Of a stretch of DNA of 13,382 nt, positions 7,968-13,382 are shown piece by piece (the first letter of the stretch is position 1; the number at the start of each line of letters is the position of its first letter). Made by a program: the position numbers and the translations under genes. This DNA comes from Kofleriaceae bacterium (GTDB taxonomy: Bacteria; Myxococcota_A; Polyangia; Haliangiales; Haliangiaceae): positions 1-13,382 of the forward strand of contig JBKJLC010000199.1 in NCBI GenBank assembly GCA_046597055.1, written 5' to 3'. The notes below the pieces were generated by a model, which searched no databases, was not told the origin of the DNA, and worked only from the letters and a program-made list of their open reading frames with translations.

Positions 7968-9368
7968 TCAGCGATCACGATCTGCGATGACCGGCACCCG
8001 GACCGTCGAGTAGGTCTCGGCGGGCGGCCGCGGCAACACGATGATCTGACCGGCCTTCTCGACGCAGTCGACCGCCTGATCCAGCAGCCCGGCGCGGGTC
8101 GCGAGGTGCGGCGCGATCACGACATGGGCATGGATGCCCGGTGACTGGGCCTCGGGCGGACGCCGACCGATCCCGAGGCGCACCACCGCGGGCGGTCGCC
8201 GCGTGATTGGTGGCGGTGGCGGCGCTCGCCGTGGCGGCGGCGCGGGCGGGGCCGGGCGACCCGGTGGGCCGACCTGGGTGATGCGCAGCTCGACGAGCGC
8301 GGTCGGCAGCTCGGTCATGCACGTGCGCATGCCGGCGATGGCGGGCCGGACCGCGGACTGGATCGCCTCGGCGTCACCGGCGCCCTCGAGCGCCGCGCGC
8401 GCGGCGAGGTCGACGGTGCCGATCGCAGCGAGATGCTCCTGCGCGCGGGCGCGCCACGGCGCGGCCTCGGGGACCGCCGCGAGATACTTGCGGAGGTAGA
8501 CCACCGCGACCTCGGGCCGCGGCTGGTCGAGGCGGGTCCGGGCCCCGAGCGCGAGCAGGTAGAAGCCGTCGCCGGGGGCGACCAGCGGCACCGGGCTGCT
8601 GGCCGCGCGCGCGGCCCCGGGGTCGGACTCGGTCGCGGCTTCGGCGGCGAGCGCGGCATCGCCGGTGCGGCGCGCGCGATCGTACGCGGCCGCCAGCAGC
8701 CAGCGCGCGACCGGATCGCCCGAGCGCTGCTCGTCGACCGCGCGGTCGAACGCCGCGATCGCGTCGTTGATGCGGCCGGCGGCCATGTGGACCTGGCCGA
8801 GATTGAGGAACAGCTCGGCGCCGCGCGCGCCGCGCGCGACCAGGGCCTCGAGCTCGCGCGACGCGCGGACCAGCTCGCCGCTGCGCGCCAGGCACACCGC
8901 CCAGGCCAGCGTCAGCGGCCGGGCCGCGACCTGGCGGGCGATGGGCGAGGTGTCGCTCGGCGCCGCCAGCTGGGTCGGCAGCCAGGTCGGATCGATCGCG
9001 TGCGCGCGGCCGTAGGCGTCGGCGCAGGCGGGGTAGTCGCGCATCCGCTCGGCGGCGACGCCGAGGTAGCCCCAGCCGTCGGCGCGGTCGGCGCGCAGCA
9101 CGACCGCCTCACGCAGGAAGTCGCGGGCGCGGGTCGGATCGCCGCTGCGCAGCATGCGCAAGATGTCGGTCGCCGCCACCACCAGCGTGTGGTAGCGGGT
9201 CGCGCCGGGCCGCACGACCTCTTCCCAGAAGGTGCTGTGGGCCTCGGCCTCGGCCTCGGCGTCGACCGGCGGCTTGCGGTAGCGATCCGACTGCGCGGCG
9301 GCGAGCGCGGGCGCGCCGGCGACCGCCAGCGCCGCGACCGCGGCCGCGACCACCGCGCGCGCGGTCAC
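7968..9368 (-). CDS. Secreted TPR-like protein with a C-terminal TonB-C / AgmX-PglI-like domain (466 aa)
   Basis: Signal peptide MTARAVVAAAVAALAVAGAPALA. TPR-like helices GWGYLGVAAERMRDYPACADAYGRA and LFLNLGQVHMAAGRINDAIAAFDRAV. C-terminus AIQSAVRPAIAGMRTC...VELRIT...AVDCVEKAGQIIVLPRP...TVRVPVI. GTGA start/stop overlap with the upstream gene. Confidence 0.82.
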   Translation of the reverse strand: MTARAVVAAAVAALAVAGAPALAAAQSDRYRKPPVDAEAEAEAHSTFWEEVVRPGATRYHTLVVAATDILRMLRSGDPTRARDFLREAVVLRADRADGWGYLGVAAERMRDYPACADAYGRAHAIDPTWLPTQLAAPSDTSPIARQVAARPLTLAWAVCLARSGELVRASRELEALVARGARGAELFLNLGQVHMAAGRINDAIAAFDRAVDEQRSGDPVARWLLAAAYDRARRTGDAALAAEAATESDPGAARAASSPVPLVAPGDGFYLLALGARTRLDQPRPEVAVVYLRKYLAAVPEAAPWRARAQEHLAAIGTVDLAARAALEGAGDAEAIQSAVRPAIAGMRTCMTELPTALVELRITQVGPPGRPAPPAPPPRRAPPPPPITRRPPAVVRLGIGRRPPEAQSPGIHAHVVIAPHLATRAGLLDQAVDCVEKAGQIIVLPRPPAETYSTVRVPVIADRDR

Positions 9369-10342
9369 CGGGCTCGCTTGCGACGGGCGGCCAGGGCGTC
9401 GCGGTTGGCCTGGGCGCGCGGCGCGTAGCGCGGGTGGGCGCCCGACGCGATGAAGAGGTCGTAGGCGCGGATCGCCTCGTCGGGCATGCCGTTGGCCTCG
9501 AAGCCGAGCGCCAGGTAGTAGTAGGCCTCGCCTTCGGGCACGTAGAAGATGCCGTTCTGGGCGTCGATGCGCTCGGCCAGGTAGCGGACCGAGTCGCGGC
9601 CGAGGCTGCGCAGGAGCGCGCGCGCCTCCTCGCCCTGCTCGTCGCGGTCGAGCGCGACCGCGATGCCGAAGTAGTTCTCGGTGCTCTGGTTGACCTGGAG
9701 CACGCGCCGGTAGGTCGTGACGCTGGCGTCGAGGTCGCCGAGCATCATCTCGGTCTCCGCGAGGTTGCCGAGCACCACCGTCGACCCCTGATCGATCGTG
9801 CGCCGCGCCAGGATCGCGCGGTAATCGTCGCGAGCGAGGGCGAGCGCCTCGGGGGTCGCCTGGCGGGTGTAGAAGATGGCGCGGTCGAGCAGGATGTCGT
9901 CGGTCACGCGCGGGTCGAGCGGCGCCTTGGTCTCGAACGCCTTCCAGTGGCCGACCAGCCGCGCCGCGATCTGCGGCGACAGCGGGCCGCGACAGAGGGC
10001 CGCCAGATCGCTCGCACCCTGGCCGTCGAGGCAGTCGACGAAGAAGGCGTGCAGCGCGGACGCCGCGCGGAAGTGGGGCTCGGCGGCGGCCGGCATCGCC
10101 CGGGCCGCGGTCTCGTAGGCGAGCACCGCGCGATCGACGTACCGGCGGCGGCCGGTGGCCGTGCCCTGGCTGATCGCGACGTCGAGCGCGTCGTCGCCGG
10201 CGAGCATCGCGAGGTCGTAGGCGCGGCGCGCGACCTCCTGCTCCGCGGTCACCGCGACGTCGCTCCAGGTATCGCCGGCGCGCGCCGGGGCGGGGGCCAG
10301 GAGCCCGAGCGCGAGCGCGACCGCCACGGTGGCGCGGCTCAT
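9365..10342 (-). CDS. Secreted TPR-like protein (325 aa)
   Basis: Signal peptide MSRATVAVALALGLLAPAPARA. TPR-like segments VLGNLAETEMMLGDLDASVTTYRRVLQ and YYYLALGFEANGMPDEAIRAYDLFI. ATGA overlap with the upstream stop. The track's start at 10684 is shadow sequence. Confidence 0.85.
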   Translation of the reverse strand: MSRATVAVALALGLLAPAPARAGDTWSDVAVTAEQEVARRAYDLAMLAGDDALDVAISQGTATGRRRYVDRAVLAYETAARAMPAAAEPHFRAASALHAFFVDCLDGQGASDLAALCRGPLSPQIAARLVGHWKAFETKAPLDPRVTDDILLDRAIFYTRQATPEALALARDDYRAILARRTIDQGSTVVLGNLAETEMMLGDLDASVTTYRRVLQVNQSTENYFGIAVALDRDEQGEEARALLRSLGRDSVRYLAERIDAQNGIFYVPEGEAYYYLALGFEANGMPDEAIRAYDLFIASGAHPRYAPRAQANRDALAARRKRAR

Positions 10343-11301
10343 GGCAGCCTCGCCGGGCGGGCGCGGGGCGGCGCGCGCCGGAGCGCGAGGAGCTTGTCGA
10401 TGGCCGCGAGGTGGTCGCGGGCGCGGTCGCGGTGGCGGGCGATGGTCGTCATGCGGAGGTAGCCCTGCCACTCGGTGCGCGCCTCGAGCAGGAACCCGGC
10501 GGTCTCGTACAGGAACCCGCGGGCGTAGTGGATCTCGGGCGCCGGGACCGGCGGCACCGACGCCAGCCCGGCCTCCATGCGCTCGGCGAACTGCGGACCG
10601 AGGACGTGCTGCGCCGTCATCACCAGGTCGAACGCGCGCGAGATCTGGTCGTCGCGGTCGTAGAGCGTGGCCAGGGCCAGCCACACCGCAGCGTCCTCGG
10701 CCTCCCAGTTGCCCGGCGTCGCGACCCGCTCGGCGAGCAGGTCGATGGCTTCGCCGGTGCGACCGCTGCCGTCGAGCGCGTGGGCGAGGTAGATCCGGGC
10801 GGCGCTGGTGGTCCGGCGCTCGGCCGGCTCGGCGACCGCCTGGCGCAGCGGGCCGATCGCCAGCTCGGGGCGTCGCTGGCGCAGGGCGATCTTGCCGAGC
10901 CGCACCAGCGCCTCGACGCGCTGGCCCTGACGGGGCGTGCGCGCGACGTACTCGCCGAGCAGGCGCTGCGCAAGCGCCGCCTGGCCGCCCTCGTCGGCGA
11001 GCGCGCCCTGATAGTAGAGGAGGTCGAGGTCGCCCGGATCGAGCCGGCGTGCGTAGCCGGTCAGCCGCAGGGCCTCGGCGACCATGCCGGCGCGGTGGTC
11101 AGCGCTCCAGTCGGCGGGGATCGCCGCCAGGGCGTCGCGCAGGTGGAGCTTGATCGCGGCGATCTCGTCGCGGTGCGGGCTCACCACCTCGCCCCAGAAG
11201 TCGCCGTGGTCGCGCGCGTCGGGGTCGGGCGCCGCGCGGGCGCTGCTGGCGATCAGCGCGACGCCGACCGCAGCCAGGGCCGTTCTGGAAGCACGCGACA
11301 C
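10339..11301 (-). CDS. Secreted TPR-like protein (320 aa)
   Basis: GTG 11301 gives signal peptide MSRASRTALAAVGVALIASSARA. TPR-like segments ALVRLGKIALRQRRPELAIGPLRQAV and IYLAHALDGSGRTGEAIDLL. This is the real 3' third of track ORF 10339..13353. Confidence 0.83.
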   Translation of the reverse strand: MSRASRTALAAVGVALIASSARAAPDPDARDHGDFWGEVVSPHRDEIAAIKLHLRDALAAIPADWSADHRAGMVAEALRLTGYARRLDPGDLDLLYYQGALADEGGQAALAQRLLGEYVARTPRQGQRVEALVRLGKIALRQRRPELAIGPLRQAVAEPAERRTTSAARIYLAHALDGSGRTGEAIDLLAERVATPGNWEAEDAAVWLALATLYDRDDQISRAFDLVMTAQHVLGPQFAERMEAGLASVPPVPAPEIHYARGFLYETAGFLLEARTEWQGYLRMTTIARHRDRARDHLAAIDKLLALRRAPPRARPARLP

Positions 11302-11307
11302 GACCTG

Positions 11308-11313
11308 AGTATG
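11308..11313 (-). promoter_or_regulatory. Candidate -10 element for a leaderless transcript of the TPR operon
   Basis: Minus strand CATACT-CAGGTC-GTG, with no SD. Confidence 0.45.
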
Positions 11314-11438
11314 CAGGTGGCCCGGGGGTGAGACCAGCGGGTACCAGCCCGGGGGCCGGCTCCCCGGCCAGGTGACCTCGGCAGCGGGTGGCGGTAGTCG
11401 ATCCGCGGGCTTGCCAGCTCCGCGGCGGGCCGAGGTGC

Positions 11439-11454
11439 TGGCAGGCCGCTTGCT
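11439..11454 (+). promoter_or_regulatory. sigma54 -24/-12 promoter
   Basis: TGGCAGG-CCGC-TTGCT, one mismatch from TGGCACG-N4-TTGCW. It is intergenic, and the in-frame GTG at 11467 is 14 nt from the -12 C. Confidence 0.75.
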
Positions 11455-11466
11455 GAAGTGGAAGTC

Positions 11467-12207
11467 GTGCAAAGCGCCAGCGTGATGCGCGCGGCTCTCG
11501 AGCTGTTCTCGGCCCGACACTACCCGGTGGTGGTCGCGGTCTGCGGCGACGCGCTCGTCGACGACCCCGACAACCTGCACCTGCGCCTCCTGCGCGCTCG
11601 CGCGCTGGTCTCGCTGCGGCGCGACCGCGAGGCCCAGGCCGAGATCGGGGTGGTCGTCGCGCTCGAGCCGGGCTGTGCGCAGGCCTACCAGCTGCTCGGC
11701 GAGCTCGCGGTCCGCCGCGACGAGATCGCCGCCGCGACGATCTTCTTTCGCGAGGCCCTGCGCCTCGCACCGGACGAGCCCGAGGCCCGCGAGTGGCTGA
11801 CGGTCGTGCAGGGCCTGGTTCGGTCGACCTCGGCCGCGGCAAGACCCCCGGCGGCCGCGGCCGGGGTCGCCCCACTTCCTCGGCGCGGGCCCCCGCCGGT
11901 GCCGACCCGCGCCGCGCCCCGGGCCCGCGCCCGGGGCACCGCCTCCCCGGTGGCGCCGTCGCGCCGGCCCCACACCGCACCGCTGCCCTCGACGCTGTCG
12001 CAGCTGCCGATGGCACGCGGCTTCGGCGGCTACCTGGTCGAGACCGGCGTGCTGTCGCCGCTGCAGCTGCGGGCCGCGCTCGCCTACGAGAAGTCGACCG
12101 GCGTGCGGCTCGGCGCGGCCGCGGTCGCGCTCGGGTTCGCCTCCGAGATGAAGATCGAGTGGGCGTCGCTCGCGTATCACGGCCAGCACCGCCGCGCCGC
12201 GAGGTGA
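11467..12207 (+). CDS. Cytoplasmic protein: N-terminal TPRs, Pro/Arg/Ala linker, C-terminal MshEN-like (putative c-di-GMP-binding) domain
   Basis: TPR AYQLLGELAVRRDEIAAATIFFREALRLAPDEPEA. C-terminus RGFGGYLVETGVLSPLQLRAALAYE-KSTGV-RLGAAAVALGFASEMKIEWA resembles the tandem RLGxxLLxxGLLxxxxLxxxLxxQ motif. The start could be 11458, 11467 or 11485. Confidence 0.8.
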   Translation: MQSASVMRAALELFSARHYPVVVAVCGDALVDDPDNLHLRLLRARALVSLRRDREAQAEIGVVVALEPGCAQAYQLLGELAVRRDEIAAATIFFREALRLAPDEPEAREWLTVVQGLVRSTSAAARPPAAAAGVAPLPRRGPPPVPTRAAPRARARGTASPVAPSRRPHTAPLPSTLSQLPMARGFGGYLVETGVLSPLQLRAALAYEKSTGVRLGAAAVALGFASEMKIEWASLAYHGQHRRAAR

Positions 12208-12227
12208 TGATCTCGACGATTCTGCGC

Positions 12228-12233
12228 TAGGGT
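12228..12233 (+). promoter_or_regulatory. Candidate -10 element for a leaderless kinase transcript
   Basis: TAGGGT-CGGCCGG-GTG (TANNNT, 7 nt, start codon), with no SD. Confidence 0.45.
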
Positions 12234-12240
12234 CGGCCGG

Positions 12241-13382
12241 GTGATCGAGCCCGGCATGACCATCGCCCAGAAGTTCTGGGTCGAGCGCGTGCTCGGCAAA
12301 GGCGGCATGGGCATCGTGGTCGCGGCGACCCACCTGCAGCTTGGCCAGCGGGTCGCGCTCAAGTTCCTGCACGGCGGCGGCACCGAGGACGCCGACGTGA
12401 CCGAGCGGTTCATGCGCGAGGCGCGCTCGGCGGTGCGCCTGCGTAGCGAGCACGTCGGGCGCGTGCTCGACGTCGGCCAGACCGAGGACGGCGCGCCCTA
12501 CATCGTGATGGAGTACCTCGACGGCTGCGACCTCGCCTCGCAGCTCGCGGCGCGTGGCGCGTTGCCGGTGGTGACGCTGGTCGACTACATGCTGCAGGCG
12601 TGCCTGGGCCTGGGCGAGGCCCACGCCGCCAGCATCGTCCACCGCGACCTCAAGCCGTCGAACATCTTCCTGACCCGCCGGCCCGAGGGCACCCCGCTGA
12701 TCAAGGTGCTCGACTTCGGCATCGCCAAGGCCCGCGGCCGCATGGACGCCCGCCTCACCGACTCGGCCGCGATGATGGGCTCGCCCGGCTACATGTCGCC
12801 CGAGCAGCTCAAGAACGCGCGCGACGTCGACGTGCGCGCCGACGTGTGGGCGCTCGGCGTCTGCCTCTACGAGCTGGCGACCGCGGTGAAGCCCTTCGGC
12901 GCCGACTCGTTCGCCGAGATGGCGGCCAAGGTGGCGATGGACCCGCCGCCGCCGCTGCCAGCCAGCCTGCCCAGGGGCTTCGCGGCCGCGGTGATGCGCT
13001 GCCTCGAGAAGGACCCCGACCGCCGCTTCGACGACGTCGGCGCGCTGGCCCGGGCCCTCGCCCCGTTCGGCTCGCCGGGCGCCGACGCGATCGCCGCCAG
13101 CGTCGCCCGCCTGGTCGCCAACCTCCCGGGCCCACGCCGGACCGACCCGGTCGCCGCGGTGATGGCCGCGGCCACCATGACGCGCATGGCACCCGGCCGC
13201 GTCACCGCGCCCGCCATCCGCATGCGCCGCCGCTTCTGGCTCGGCGTGAGCGCCGGCGCCGGCGTCGCCGTCCTCGCCGCCGCCGTCCTGGTCGCGGTCG
13301 TCAGCGGCGGCCGCGCGTCGGCGCCAGTCGGCGCGGGCGATGCTCGCGAGCACACCGACGCTCCCGCCGCGGCAGCGCCTGC
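12241..13382 (+). CDS. Hanks-type Ser/Thr protein kinase (Pkn family) with a TM helix; C-terminus beyond the window
   Basis: Manually translated: LGKGGMGIV, VALK, RFMREAR, IVHRDLKPSN, KVLDFGIAK, GSPGYMSPEQ, DVWALG, CLEKDPDRR. TM FWLGVSAGAGVAVLAAAVLVAVV at about 13234-13302. Absent from the ORF track because no stop lies in the window. Confidence 0.96.
   Translation, partial: MIEPGMTIAQKFWVERVLGKGGMGIVVAATHLQLGQRVALKFLHGGGTEDADVTERFMREARSAVRLRSEHVGRVLDVGQTEDGAPYIVMEYLDGCDLASQLAARGALPVVTLVDYMLQACLGLGEAHAASIVHRDLKPSNIFLTRRPEGTPLIKVLDFGIAKARGRMDARLTDSAAMMGSPGYMSPEQLKNARDVDVRADVWALGVCLYELATAVKPFGADSFAEMAAKVAMDPPPPLPASLPRGFAAAVMRCLEKDPDRRFDDVGALARALAPFGSPGADAIAASVARLVANLPGPRRTDPVAAVMAAATMTRMAPGRVTAPAIRMRRRFWLGVSAGAGVAVLAAAVLVAVVSGGRASAPVGAGDAREHTDAPAAAAP

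Noticed and set aside
4248..11331. Numerous Arg/Ala/Pro-rich overlapping ORFs (e.g. 4248..5030, 5049..6077, 5156..6241, 8433..9428, 9434..10462, 10411..11331)
   Set aside because: Alternate-frame or antisense shadows of better-supported genes, with no recognisable motifs.
12011..12025. TGGCACG-CGGC-TTCG as an internal sigma54 promoter for the kinase
   Set aside because: The -24 box is perfect but the invariant -12 GC is missing (TTCG), and it lies in coding sequence.
12205..12240. Read-through fusion of the TPR-MshEN protein and the kinase (same frame)
   Set aside because: Two consecutive TGA stops (12205, 12208) and a separate -10/GTG for the kinase argue for two genes.
11302..13353. N-terminal ~680 aa of the 1004-aa minus-strand ORF
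   Set aside because: Antisense shadow of the kinase and TPR-MshEN genes. The real protein starts with a signal peptide at GTG 11301.

Overview
High-GC bacterial DNA, inferred to be Myxococcota from a Pkn-type Ser/Thr kinase, an AgmX/PglI-like domain and several sigma54 promoters. Left to right: (1) a divergent pair of predicted lipoproteins, the left one truncated by the window edge and missing from the ORF track, with back-to-back sigma54-type promoters between them; (2) groES-groEL on the minus strand with a perfect CIRCE operator, a sigma70-type promoter and a palindromic terminator; (3) a divergent, uncharacterised two-gene module, followed by a Zn-ribbon/PQG-repeat/single-TM protein; (4) panB-panC; (5) three translationally coupled, paralogous secreted TPR-like proteins, the last ending in a TonB-C/AgmX-PglI-like domain; (6) a sigma54-preceded TPR + MshEN-like protein and a membrane Ser/Thr kinase that runs off the right edge and is also missing from the ORF track. 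Several genes lack a Shine-Dalgarno sequence and start at a predicted transcription start, suggesting leaderless mRNAs. No rRNA, tRNA, CRISPR array or mobile element was seen. All domain calls come from motif recognition by eye, not database searches.
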